Shown: positions 30,790 to 41,319, counted from the stretch's first letter. The stretch is 64,000 bases of DNA from an uncultured Planctomycetaceae bacterium (GCA_963815195.1 CAWFGE010000013.1:544001-608000); one strand, 5' to 3'. Notes: a model not told the origin generated them from the letters alone. Numbers and translations: made by a program.

Positions 30790-30981
30790 AAGCGTTTGCC
30801 CTCTTCCGCCGCCCCCGTTGTGAAACGGAACGCTTGTGCGGCACAGAGTGAAGGCGCAATTCGCTCACGCGCCTCATATCACTCTCAAATTGTAGTGAAA
30901 CAAGATCCCGGCGCCGCGTCTCATTCATGCGCTTGGAGCTAATGTTCAGACACGATTCTCTTTCCTTGATAGGAGTGCAAG

Positions 30982-32391
30982 ATGCCCGGTACGAATAATT
31001 CAATGCGCCGAAGATGGCTCTTTTTGTCCCTGTTGGCCGGTGCGGGCGTGGTAACCGCCGCGTTTTGGTTCGGCCCGGCGGGCTCAAGTTCGGTCAGTTC
31101 TCCCACTCCGGCCCACGCGGCCCCCGAAACTTCCCAGCAAAATCGCGAGCTTCGGGTCGAAACCATCAGCCCGCAAACCGGCGGCGTGGACCGCGTGACG
31201 GTCCAACCCGGCACGGTCCATTCCTTCGATTGGGCCGACCTGTTCTCGAAGGTCTCGGGTTACTTACACGAACAAAAATATGACATTGGCGATAAGGTCA
31301 AAGCCGGTGAAGTCATCGCCGTCATCGAAGCCCCCGAATTGAAGGAAGAAGTCACCCGCTGCACCGCCACGGTGACTCAGGCCAAAGCGAGGGTCGATCA
31401 AATGATCGCCCGCGTCGATACCGCGAAGGCGGAGAAAGAAGCGGCGAAAGCGGCGATCGCGGAAGCCCAAGCCGACCAGCAACGCGCCGAGGCGACCTTG
31501 TCTTACCAAGGCAAGCAATACCAGCGGATGCAGGACCTCTTCCGGCGAAAAGCCGTCGATGAGAAGCTCGTCGACGAAACGGAAGACCAATACCTGGCCG
31601 CGAAAGCCGCGGTGGAAGCGGCCAAGGCCCACGTCATCACGCAACAGGCCCAAGTGACCGCAGCCACGGCGAAAATCGCGCAGGCCGATGCGGACCTGGG
31701 GGAAGCCCGGGCCCAAGTCGGCGTCGCCAATGCCGAACTGGCCCATGCCCAGGTGATGTACGATTACACCAATATTCGTTCCCCGTACGACGGGGTCGTT
31801 ACGCAGCGAAACTACCACGTGGGGCATTTCATCCGCACTGGCGATGACACCTCGCACGGGCCGCTTTACACGATTTCCCGTAACGACCGGATGCGGGTTA
31901 TCGTCGAAGTTCCCGACCGCGAAGTGTACTTTGCCAATCCTGGCGATACAGCCGTTGTCGAAGTCGATGCTCTCACGGGCAAGAAGTTCCAAGGCAAGAT
32001 CTCCCGCATCGCCATGGCCGAGGACACCAACTCCCGCACCGAACGCATCGAAATCGACCTGGCGAACCCGACCGACCCGACGCACCCCGAGGGAATCTTG
32101 AAGCACGGGATGTATGGCGCGGTGGCGATCACCCTGGAAGCCGGAAATAAAGATTCCGTACGGATTCCTTCCTCCTGCCTCATCGGGGACGCCAAAGACG
32201 GCGAGGGTACGGTTTACGTGGTCAGAAACGGCCGAGCCGAGAAACGCCAGATCCGTCTGGGCAAAGACAACGGTATCGTCGTTGAAGTTCTGGACGGGTT
32301 GAACGCCAACGACCAGGTCGTCGCGAAGAACAACAGCGCCGTCGAGGACGGCACTCCCGTGCAGGTCGTCGCGTTGACTTCCGCCAGATAA
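30982..32391 (+). CDS. Efflux RND transporter periplasmic adaptor (membrane fusion protein)
   Basis: N-terminal TM; SKVSGY, DIGDKVKAGEV lipoyl halves; long alpha-hairpin; IRSPYDGVVTQR; LKHGMYG; VEVLDGL. Confidence 0.92.
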   Translation: MPGTNNSMRRRWLFLSLLAGAGVVTAAFWFGPAGSSSVSSPTPAHAAPETSQQNRELRVETISPQTGGVDRVTVQPGTVHSFDWADLFSKVSGYLHEQKYDIGDKVKAGEVIAVIEAPELKEEVTRCTATVTQAKARVDQMIARVDTAKAEKEAAKAAIAEAQADQQRAEATLSYQGKQYQRMQDLFRRKAVDEKLVDETEDQYLAAKAAVEAAKAHVITQQAQVTAATAKIAQADADLGEARAQVGVANAELAHAQVMYDYTNIRSPYDGVVTQRNYHVGHFIRTGDDTSHGPLYTISRNDRMRVIVEVPDREVYFANPGDTAVVEVDALTGKKFQGKISRIAMAEDTNSRTERIEIDLANPTDPTHPEGILKHGMYGAVAITLEAGNKDSVRIPSSCLIGDAKDGEGTVYVVRNGRAEKRQIRLGKDNGIVVEVLDGLNANDQVVAKNNSAVEDGTPVQVVALTSAR

Positions 32392-32486
32392 AAACCCTCC
32401 CGCCGGTCCGGCGCGGAAGATGCCGTGCCCGGATGCTTCCTCACGCCCCGTATTCCCCCCGAGATTTCAACAGGTAGTTTGCCGTT

Positions 32487-35400
32487 ATGAATGGATTAAT
32501 TCGCGCCTCACTCAGGAACCCATACGCGGTGACGGTGATGGCCTTTACGCTGTTGATCATGGGCGGGCTGATGCTCACCATGATCCCGATCGATATTCTG
32601 CCGGTCTTCAAAAGCCCGGCCGTCCAAGTTTTAACCTTTTACGGCGGCATGCCCGCCGAAGCGATTGAAAAAGACATCACAAACCGCATGGAGCGGTGGG
32701 TCGGCCAGTCGAACGGCCTCAAGCGGCAGGAATCCCGCTCCATCGTCGGGGCGAGCATCGTGCGAAACTATTTCCAGGACGATGTCGATCCCAACGGCGC
32801 GCTGACGCAGGTCAACTCGCTCGCGCTCTCGACGCTGCCCAACCTGCCGCCGGGGACTTTGCCCCCGGTCGTTTTGCCGTTCGACCCCACGAGTTCGACG
32901 CCCGTGTGTCTGGTCGCTCTCGACAGCAAATCGCAGCCCGAATCGATTCTCTACGATGTGGGCCGGTACGAAGTCCGCCCGATGATTATGAGCAACCCCG
33001 GCGCGGTCGCCCCCGTGGTTTACGGCGGGAAGATTCGCGCAGTCATGCTGTATCTCGACCGCATCCGCATGCAGGCCCGCGGGCTGTCGCCGCTGGACGT
33101 GATGAGCGCGATGGACAACTACAACGTCTTCCTGCCTAACGGCAGCGTGAAGATGGGCGACACCGATTACGCGATTGCCTCGAACTCGCTCTACGACTTT
33201 GTGGACCGCATGGGCGACATGCCCTTGACCGATGACCCGGGCAACCGCTCCTATGTGAAGGATGTCGCCAAGCCGAAGGATTCCGCGTTCATTCAAACGA
33301 ACATCGTTCGCGTGAACGGCCGGAAGCAGGTTTATATTCCCGTGTACCGCCAGTTGGGATCGAGCACGCTGGACGTGGTGGATACGCTCCACGAGTCCAT
33401 CAGCGAAATGCAAACCCGCCTGACGCGGCCGAACATCGACCTGAAGCTCGTGATGGACCAGTCGGTTTATGTGCGGGCTTCGATTCATGCTCTGGCTCAG
33501 GAAGGCGTATTGGGGGCGATTCTGTGCTCGCTCGTAATTCTGTTGTTCCTGGGCGAATGGCGGATGACGATCATCGCGATCATGACGCTGCCGTTGGCCG
33601 TGATGGGAGCCGTGATTTGCCTGCACGCGACGGGGAACACGATCAACGTAATGACCCTCGCGGGACTAGCTCTAGCGATCGGGCCGATGGTCGATAGTGC
33701 GATCATCTGCTTGGAGAACACGCACCGCCACCTGGGATTGGGGGCTTCGCCTCACGACGCCGCGTACCACGGGGCGAGCGAAGTCGCCATGCCCGAGTTG
33801 ATTGCGACTTTGTGTACGTTCCTGGTGCTCGCGCCGTTGGCGTTGATGCCCGGGATGGGACGGTTTCTGTTCCGGCCGATGGCGCTGGCCGTGGCGTTTG
33901 CCATGATCTGTGCCTATTTGCTGTCTCGGTCTCTGGTTCCCGCCTTTGCCGCGATCCTGCTCAAGCCGCACGGCGTGGGCCACGGGCACGGAGAAGGCGA
34001 GCATGGCGAAGGTGCGCACGCCGAAGCGGCGCATTCGGCTCCGCGCCATAACCCGAACGTCATCGCCCGCGCGTTTGCCGTTTGGGAAGGCGTGATCGAA
34101 TCGGCGATCGCCAAGTACGTCCGCCTGTTGGATCGCGTGATGAACTATCGCGTGTTGACCGTCGCCGCCAGCTTCGCGCTGCTTGCGGGCGTCATCGTGT
34201 TCTTCAGCCCGATCCTGCGGCGGGAGTTCTTCCCCGAAGTGGATGCCGGGGCGTTTCAGTTCACGGTCCGCGCTCCCAGCGGGACCCGGATTGAGAACAC
34301 GCAGGAGTATATCACCGAGGTGGAAGATGCGATTCACAAGTCGATCGACGAGCACGATCTGCAGCTTGTGCTCTCGGAAATCGGGCTGACCGCCGACTGG
34401 TCCGCCGCTTATACGCCCAACTCCGGACCGATGGACGCGATCATCAAGGTCCAGTTGAGCGAACATCGGCAGCACTCGGCCCAGCACTATGCCGACGTGC
34501 TTCGCCAGAACTTCCGCAAGGATCCGCGGTTCAGCCAGTTGCAGTTCGCCTTTGACACGGGCGGGATGGTTCGCGGGGCCTTGAACGAGGGTAAGTCCAC
34601 TCCGCTCAACGTCCGGATCACCGGCAAGAACATGGAGCTGGCGCACCTGATCGCCGAGGACATCAAGGCCGAGGTGTCGAAGATTCCGGGAATTGTGGAT
34701 GCCCAGATCGTGCAGCGGCTGAACTATCCCGAGTTCAAAATCAACGTCGATCGGTCCAAAGCCGCGGACCTGGGCTTGACCCAGGAAGACGTGATGCGAA
34801 ACGTGGTGGCCGCGGCCAATTCGAGCATCTCGTTCAATAAGAAAAACTTCTGGATCGACCCGGTGAGCTACAACCAATATTTCGTCGGGGTGCAGTATCC
34901 GGAAGAGCAGATCGATTCGCTCGACACGCTGCTCGACGTGCCGATCACCGGCCCCAACCAGTCGCATCCGGTTCCGCTCCGGTCGATTGCCACGGTCACG
35001 CGGGACACGGTTCCCACGGAAGTGACGCACACCAACATTCAGCCGACGATCGATTTGACGATGGGCGTTTCGGGCCGGGATCTGGGCCACGTCGCCGACG
35101 AGGTGTCCAGCGTCGTCAACACCTTCGGCAAGTCGGAAGGTGCAGACATTTGGGCTCCGTATGATCCCCGGGATCCCAAGTCGGGGGCAACGCTGGCCGG
35201 CTCGAAAATCGTGCTGAGCGGCGAATACTCCCGGATGCAGGATACGTTCCACAACCTGGGGATCGGACTGATCCTCGCGTCGCTGTTGATCTACTTCTTG
35301 ATGGTCGCTCTGGTCCGTTCGTGGGTTGTGCCGCTGACGGTGATGCTCGCGGTGCCGCTGTCGTTGATCGGCGTATTGACGCTGCTGTACGCGACCGGGA

Positions 35401-35816
35401 CCGCCCTCAACGTGCAGTCGCTGCTCGGCATCATTTTCGTGGTCGGCATTAACGTGTCGAACGCGGTGCTGATGACTGACTGTGCCCAGGAACTCCGGCG
35501 GGGCGAAGGACTCAAACCGACCGAGGCCATTCGCAAAGCGGCTTCGCTTCGCGTGCGGCCCGTGACGATGACCGCGCTCGCCGCGTTCTTCGCCATGATC
35601 CCGGCGGCGCTCGCCATCGAGCACGGCAGTGAAGCCAACGCTCCGCTCGCCCGGGCGATTCTCGGCGGGCTCTTGGCGGTGGAACCGGCCACGCTGTTCG
35701 TCGTGCCTTGTTTGTATTCGCTTCTGGTCCGCGACAAGCGCGGGGCGAGCATGGACGAGGGAGCCGACGAGATTCCCGTGGACGAAGCCGCCGAAGAAGG
35801 ATGGGGCTTCGCCTGA
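32487..35816 (+). CDS. RND efflux permease, copy 1 (His-rich loop)
   Basis: 1109 aa; PIDILP, DQS.YVR, INVMTLAGLALAIGPMVDSAI..LEN, FFPEVDAG, RVRPVTMT, ANAPLARAILGG. Confidence 0.93.
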   Translation: MNGLIRASLRNPYAVTVMAFTLLIMGGLMLTMIPIDILPVFKSPAVQVLTFYGGMPAEAIEKDITNRMERWVGQSNGLKRQESRSIVGASIVRNYFQDDVDPNGALTQVNSLALSTLPNLPPGTLPPVVLPFDPTSSTPVCLVALDSKSQPESILYDVGRYEVRPMIMSNPGAVAPVVYGGKIRAVMLYLDRIRMQARGLSPLDVMSAMDNYNVFLPNGSVKMGDTDYAIASNSLYDFVDRMGDMPLTDDPGNRSYVKDVAKPKDSAFIQTNIVRVNGRKQVYIPVYRQLGSSTLDVVDTLHESISEMQTRLTRPNIDLKLVMDQSVYVRASIHALAQEGVLGAILCSLVILLFLGEWRMTIIAIMTLPLAVMGAVICLHATGNTINVMTLAGLALAIGPMVDSAIICLENTHRHLGLGASPHDAAYHGASEVAMPELIATLCTFLVLAPLALMPGMGRFLFRPMALAVAFAMICAYLLSRSLVPAFAAILLKPHGVGHGHGEGEHGEGAHAEAAHSAPRHNPNVIARAFAVWEGVIESAIAKYVRLLDRVMNYRVLTVAASFALLAGVIVFFSPILRREFFPEVDAGAFQFTVRAPSGTRIENTQEYITEVEDAIHKSIDEHDLQLVLSEIGLTADWSAAYTPNSGPMDAIIKVQLSEHRQHSAQHYADVLRQNFRKDPRFSQLQFAFDTGGMVRGALNEGKSTPLNVRITGKNMELAHLIAEDIKAEVSKIPGIVDAQIVQRLNYPEFKINVDRSKAADLGLTQEDVMRNVVAAANSSISFNKKNFWIDPVSYNQYFVGVQYPEEQIDSLDTLLDVPITGPNQSHPVPLRSIATVTRDTVPTEVTHTNIQPTIDLTMGVSGRDLGHVADEVSSVVNTFGKSEGADIWAPYDPRDPKSGATLAGSKIVLSGEYSRMQDTFHNLGIGLILASLLIYFLMVALVRSWVVPLTVMLAVPLSLIGVLTLLYATGTALNVQSLLGIIFVVGINVSNAVLMTDCAQELRRGEGLKPTEAIRKAASLRVRPVTMTALAAFFAMIPAALAIEHGSEANAPLARAILGGLLAVEPATLFVVPCLYSLLVRDKRGASMDEGADEIPVDEAAEEGWGFA

Positions 35817-36175
35817 AACTCTGGCCCGCATTGGGCCTTTTGATAAAGAGGTTTGATTCAGGGATTCCCGGGGGTCGTTCCATCGGCCCCGGGAGTTCCA
35901 CGTTATGTCAACAATCGCATCGCCTCGGTGGAGATTCCGATGGAAGATTCGCCGAGGCTTCTTGGAATTCACCAATTCACCATGATTTGCCCGCTTGCAA
36001 GAGATTCCCAGTCCGCAAGTTCGACTTTCGGCTCCGCCATCGTCGTCCTTGGCCTTGTTCCGCCAAGGGGGGACTTTTCCCATCGGAAACAATCTGCCCC
36101 ATGTGAACGGCCTGCGTCGGGCCGCTTCACTCCCTTCCCCTATTCCCTTCCCTATCCGCGAGGTACACCGCTCCA

Positions 36176-39100
36176 ATGAACGCATTAATCCGAGGCTCGC
36201 TCCGGAACCCTTATGCGGTGACGGTGATGGCGTTAACTGTTTTGATCATCGGGGCGCTCACGCTTACGATGATCCCTGTCGACATTCTGCCCGTCTTCAA
36301 AAGCCCGGCGGTGCAGGTGCTGACCTTCTACGGCGGCATGCCCGCCGAAGCGATTGAAAAAGACATCACAAACCGCATGGAGCGGTGGGTCGGCCAGTCG
36401 AACGGCCTCAAGCGGCAGGAATCCCGCTCGATCGTCGGGGCGAGCATCGTGCGGAACTATTTCCAGGACGATGTCGATCCCAACGGCGCGCTGACGCAGG
36501 TCAACTCGCTCGCGCTCTCGACGCTGCCCAACCTGCCGCCGGGGACTTTGCCCCCGGTCGTTTTGCCGTTCGACCCCACGAGTTCGACGCCCGTGTGCCT
36601 GGTCGCTCTCGACAGCAAAACGCAGCCTGAATCGATTCTCTACGATGTGGGCCGGTACGAAGTCCGCCCGATGATCATGAGCAACCCCGGCGCGGTCGCC
36701 CCCGTGGTTTACGGCGGCAAGCTGCGGGCGGTGATGCTGTATCTCGACCGCATCCGCATGCAGGCCCGCGGGCTGTCGCCTTTGGATGTGATGACCGCGG
36801 TGGATCACTACAACGTGTTCCTGCCCAACGGCAGCGTGAAAATGGGCGACATGGATTACGCCATCTCCTCGAACTCGCTGTATGATTTCGTCGAACGGAT
36901 GGGCGACATGCCTTTGACGGACCAACCGGGCAACCGCTCTTACGTCAGAGACGTGGCGACGCCCAAGGACGCCGCGTTCATTCAGACGAACATCGTTCGC
37001 GTGAACGGCCGGAAGCAGGTGTATGTCCCGGTGTACCGCCAATTGGGATCGAGCACGCTGGACGTGGTGGATACGCTCCACGGATCGATCGACGACATGC
37101 AAGCCCGGCTGACGCGGCCGGGCATCGACCTGAAGCTCGTGATGGACCAGTCGGTTTATGTGCGGGCTTCGATTCATGCTCTGGCTCAGGAAGGCGTATT
37201 GGGGGCGATTCTGTGCTCGCTCGTGATTCTCTTGTTCCTGGGTGAATGGCGGATGACGGTTATTGCAATTCTCATGCTCCCGCTTTCGGTGATGGGAGCG
37301 GTGATTTGCCTGTATGCCACGGGGAACACGATCAACGTGATGACTCTGGCGGGGATGGCGCTTGCCATCGGGCCGCTGGTGGATACCGCGATCATCGTCT
37401 TGGAGAACACGCACCGCCACCTGGGGTTGGGGGCGCCGCCGCGCGAAGCCGCGTTTCGCGGGACGAGCGAAGTGGCCATGCCCGCCTTGATCGCGACCTT
37501 ATGCACGTTCCTCGTCTTGGCTCCGTTGGCGCTCATGCCCGGGATGGGACGGTTTCTGTTCCGGCCGATGGCGCTCGCGGTCGCCTTTGCCATGATCTGT
37601 GCTTACTTGCTGTCGCAGTCGCTGGTGCCCGCCTATTCGGCGATTCTGCTCAAGCCGCACCGCAAGGGCGAGCACGGGGAAGACGAGGACGCCCCGGCGA
37701 GTTGGAACGTCGTCGCCCGCGCTTTCGCCGCGTGGGAAGGCGTCATTCAACGGTCCATCACCAAGTACGGCCAGATTCTGGACCGCGTGATGCAGTTTCG
37801 CTTATTGACGATCGGCATCAGCTTCGCCCTTTTGGCCTGCGCCGTTCTGTTCTTCACCCCGATTCTGCGGCGGGAGTTCTTCCCCGAAGTGGACGCGGGG
37901 GCCTTCCAAATTACCGTCCGCGCTCCCAGCGGAACGCGGATCGAAAACACGCAGGAGTACATCGCGGATGTGGAAGACGCGATTCACAAGGCGATCGATA
38001 AGCACGACCTGCAACTCGTGCTCTCGGAAATCGGGCTGACCGCCGACTGGTCCGCCGCTTATACGCCCAACTCCGGACCGATGGATGCGATCATCAAAGT
38101 CCAATTGAGCGAACACCGGAATCACACGGCCCAACATTACGCCGACGTGCTTCGCCAGAACTTCCGCAAGGACCCGCGGTTCAGCCAGATGGAGTTCGCC
38201 TTCGACACGGGCGGGATGGTCCGCGGGGCGCTCAATGAAGGCAAGTCCACGCCGCTGAATGTCCGCATCACCGGCAAAAACATGGAACTCGCGCACGAGA
38301 TCGCCGAGAAGATCAAAGCCGAGGTGGCGAAGGTCCCCGGCGTCGTCGACGCGCAGATCGTGCAGCGGCTCAACTATCCGCAGTTCAACATCAATGTCGA
38401 CCGGTCCAAGGCGGCGGATATGGGTTTGACCCAGCAGGATGTGATGCGGAACGTCGTGGCCGCGGGCAATTCGAGCATTTCGTTCAACAAGAAGAACTTC
38501 TGGATCGATCCGGTCAGCTACAACCAATACTTCGTGGGCGTGCAGTATCCGGAGCACGAAATCAACTCGCTCGACACGCTGTTGGATGTGCCGATCACCG
38601 GCTTGAAACAATCGCACCCGGTTCCGTTGCGGTCGATTGCCACGGTCACTCGGAACACCGTCCCCACGGAAGTGACGCACAACAACATCCAGCCGACCAT
38701 CGATTTGACGATGGGCGTATCGGGCCGGGATCTCGGGCACGTGGCCGACGATGTGGCCGGCGTCGTGGGCAACTTCGGCGAAAAGCAGGAAGGGGCCGTT
38801 TGGGCGCCTTATGATCCTCGCTATCCGGACACGAAAGAGACGCTGGCGGGCTCGAAAATCCTCTTGAGCGGCGAATACGCCCGGATGCAGGACACGTTCT
38901 ACAACCTGGGCATCGGACTGATTCTCGCGTCGCTGTTGATCTACTTCCTGCTGGTCGCGTTGGTTCGCTCCTGGGTTGTGCCGCTCAGCGTGATGCTCGC
39001 CGTGCCTTTGTTGTTGATCGGCGTGTTGTCGCTGCTTTACCTCACGGGAACGGCCCTCAACGTGCAGTCGCTGTTGGGCGTGATTTTCGTGGTCGGGATT

Positions 39101-39418
39101 AACGTGTCCAACGCGGTGCTGATGACCGACTGCGCTCAGGAACTCAGGCGAAACGAGGGGCTCAATCCCACCGACGCGATCCGGAAGGCGGCCGCGCTTC
39201 GCGTGCGGCCGGTGACGATGACCGCGCTCGCGGCGTTCTTTGCGATGGTTCCTGCGGCGCTCGCCCTCGAGCACGGCAGCGAAGCCAACGCGCCGCTCGC
39301 CCGGGCGATTCTCGGCGGGTTGTTGGCGGTGGAACCGGCGACACTGTTCGTCGTGCCATGCTTATATTCGCTCTTGGTCCGGGATAAAAAGTCCGCCGAG
39401 ATGAACTTGGCTGCCTAA
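36176..39418 (+). CDS. RND efflux permease, copy 2
   Basis: 1080 aa; colinear with and highly similar to copy 1, same RND motifs. Confidence 0.93.
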   Translation: MNALIRGSLRNPYAVTVMALTVLIIGALTLTMIPVDILPVFKSPAVQVLTFYGGMPAEAIEKDITNRMERWVGQSNGLKRQESRSIVGASIVRNYFQDDVDPNGALTQVNSLALSTLPNLPPGTLPPVVLPFDPTSSTPVCLVALDSKTQPESILYDVGRYEVRPMIMSNPGAVAPVVYGGKLRAVMLYLDRIRMQARGLSPLDVMTAVDHYNVFLPNGSVKMGDMDYAISSNSLYDFVERMGDMPLTDQPGNRSYVRDVATPKDAAFIQTNIVRVNGRKQVYVPVYRQLGSSTLDVVDTLHGSIDDMQARLTRPGIDLKLVMDQSVYVRASIHALAQEGVLGAILCSLVILLFLGEWRMTVIAILMLPLSVMGAVICLYATGNTINVMTLAGMALAIGPLVDTAIIVLENTHRHLGLGAPPREAAFRGTSEVAMPALIATLCTFLVLAPLALMPGMGRFLFRPMALAVAFAMICAYLLSQSLVPAYSAILLKPHRKGEHGEDEDAPASWNVVARAFAAWEGVIQRSITKYGQILDRVMQFRLLTIGISFALLACAVLFFTPILRREFFPEVDAGAFQITVRAPSGTRIENTQEYIADVEDAIHKAIDKHDLQLVLSEIGLTADWSAAYTPNSGPMDAIIKVQLSEHRNHTAQHYADVLRQNFRKDPRFSQMEFAFDTGGMVRGALNEGKSTPLNVRITGKNMELAHEIAEKIKAEVAKVPGVVDAQIVQRLNYPQFNINVDRSKAADMGLTQQDVMRNVVAAGNSSISFNKKNFWIDPVSYNQYFVGVQYPEHEINSLDTLLDVPITGLKQSHPVPLRSIATVTRNTVPTEVTHNNIQPTIDLTMGVSGRDLGHVADDVAGVVGNFGEKQEGAVWAPYDPRYPDTKETLAGSKILLSGEYARMQDTFYNLGIGLILASLLIYFLLVALVRSWVVPLSVMLAVPLLLIGVLSLLYLTGTALNVQSLLGVIFVVGINVSNAVLMTDCAQELRRNEGLNPTDAIRKAAALRVRPVTMTALAAFFAMVPAALALEHGSEANAPLARAILGGLLAVEPATLFVVPCLYSLLVRDKKSAEMNLAA

Positions 39419-39433
39419 CCGGACTTCTGATTG

Positions 39434-39491
39434 TAAAGGTTATGCCGGGTGGTCCGATTTTAATCAACTTGCGGGGGGAAGTCCCCGATAA
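39434..39491 (+). promoter_or_regulatory. Sigma28-like promoter matches and a GGGGAAGTCCCC palindrome upstream of the TolC trio
   Basis: TAAA-N15-TCCGATTT (39434-39460); TCAAC-N15-CCCGATAA (39464-39491); palindrome at 39475-39486. Confidence 0.3.
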
Positions 39492-39585
39492 AGATTACCG
39501 GCATTGATGATTTTTCAAGTGGGTTTGAACGGATTTTTCTCACGAAAATCCCGACCGACCCTGAGACACGCTCAAGGAGGATGCG

Positions 39586-41319
39586 GTGTCGAAGAATACA
39601 TCCTTTTGGACCACCCGGCGGCTCCTGCGGCGGGGACTCCCGGCCGCGGTGCTTTCGGGAATGGTTTGGGGAAGCTGCGGCGACTTTTCACCCAGTTTCG
39701 CGTTGGCAGACGATCCGCCCGCGCCCACCGAGAGGCGGTCGGCCCTCGAGGTTCCGGCGAAGCCGCCCGCCCCGCTGGCGGACGAAAAGGCTCCGCCCGC
39801 GCAGCCACCCGCACCCGTCGAGATGCCTGCCGACAAAACGTACGCGGCGGACGCATCCCGCTTGCAATTGTCGGATCTGCTGGGAACGGAAACGGCTCCC
39901 ATCGATCTGGCCGCCGCCCTCAGCATGGCCGGCGTCCAAAACCCGGATATGCTCATCGCCCGGCAGCACGTGGTCCAAGCCGTGGCCGAGCGGCAACTGG
40001 CGGCGGCGCAATTGCTCCCGTCGATGCGTGCCGGCTTGAGCTACGACGACCATACCGGTCCGCTGCAACAGTCGTTCGGGAATATCCTCAGCCTGCACCG
40101 CAGCGCCCTTTATGTTGGGGCCGGCTCGTTTGCGATCGCCGCGGGCAGCGTCAATATCCCCGGCGTCTACTGGGACAACAACATTTCCCAGTTGATCGTC
40201 AACAACCTGCAGGCGATGACGAACATCGAACAGCAACAGTTCCACAGCCGGGCGGTGGAGAACCAAACTCTGCTTCGCGTGGCGGTGGGTTACAACGACC
40301 TGCTGCGAACGAACGGCATGCGGGCGGTGATGGCCCAGAACCTGGCGGACGCCCGCGAAGTCGCCCGGCTCACGGAAGCCTATGTCCAAGTGGGCGGGGC
40401 CAAGCAGGCCGACGCCGACCGCGCCGCGGGCTCCGCGCGACTCTATGCAGCCCGATTGCAGAACGCGGAAGGCCAGGTCCTGATCGCCTCGACCACGCTG
40501 GCCGAGCTATTGAGCCTCGATCCTTCGATTCGGTTGCAGCCGATCGAGGACCGCTACGTCCCGATGCCGATGGTCCCCGATCCGATTCCGCTTCGGGAAT
40601 TGGTGGCGATTGCGATCATCCAGCGGCCGGAATTGCAGGAGCGGCAGGCGGTGATTCGCAAATCGCTGCTCGCCCTTCAGGGACAGCAGATGCTGCCGTT
40701 CTCTCCGACGGTGATTGTGGGATTCTCCGCCGGCGGGGAAGGGGGCGGAAGCAACCTGGTCCATCAGTCCATGGCAAAAACCGACTTCGGCCGCAGCGAT
40801 CCGAACTTCGGGAACTGGTCGGGACGCCAGGACTTTGACGTGGTCGGCTATTGGATGCTCAAGAACCTGGGGGTGGGAAACCTCGCCGACATCCGCGAGG
40901 CGGCAAGTAAGCTTCAAGTCTCCAACTTCGAACTGCTCGCCGAACTCGACAAGGCGCGGGCGGAAGTCGCCCGGGGCTATGCCCGCAGCCATGCTCGTTT
41001 CGCGCAGATTGCCACCGCCGAAGAAGCCGTCCGCACGGCCGTCGAAGGCTTCGACGAAGACAAACAGCGAATCCAAGGCGGCCAAGGGCTGCCGATCGAG
41101 TTGCTCGACGACTTAAGGCTCTTGACGCGGGCCCGCGAGGAATACCTCCGAGCGATCACCGACTACAACCAGGCACAGCTCGAACTTTATGTGTCCCTGG
41201 GAAATCCGCCGGCCGAGATGCTGGCCCGTCCCGTTCCTTTGGAGGGGGTGACTCCGGAAGCCGCTTCGGGCGAACCGACCCCGGCTCCCGCTCCGGCGCC
41301 GGAAGCCGCGCCGAAATGA
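39586..41319 (+). CDS. TolC family outer membrane efflux protein 1
   Basis: Signal plus Pro-rich N-terminus; IDLAAAL..AGVQNPD; AIIQRPEL; GLPIELLD; AITDYNQAQLEL..SLG. Confidence 0.85.
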   Translation: MSKNTSFWTTRRLLRRGLPAAVLSGMVWGSCGDFSPSFALADDPPAPTERRSALEVPAKPPAPLADEKAPPAQPPAPVEMPADKTYAADASRLQLSDLLGTETAPIDLAAALSMAGVQNPDMLIARQHVVQAVAERQLAAAQLLPSMRAGLSYDDHTGPLQQSFGNILSLHRSALYVGAGSFAIAAGSVNIPGVYWDNNISQLIVNNLQAMTNIEQQQFHSRAVENQTLLRVAVGYNDLLRTNGMRAVMAQNLADAREVARLTEAYVQVGGAKQADADRAAGSARLYAARLQNAEGQVLIASTTLAELLSLDPSIRLQPIEDRYVPMPMVPDPIPLRELVAIAIIQRPELQERQAVIRKSLLALQGQQMLPFSPTVIVGFSAGGEGGGSNLVHQSMAKTDFGRSDPNFGNWSGRQDFDVVGYWMLKNLGVGNLADIREAASKLQVSNFELLAELDKARAEVARGYARSHARFAQIATAEEAVRTAVEGFDEDKQRIQGGQGLPIELLDDLRLLTRAREEYLRAITDYNQAQLELYVSLGNPPAEMLARPVPLEGVTPEAASGEPTPAPAPAPEAAPK

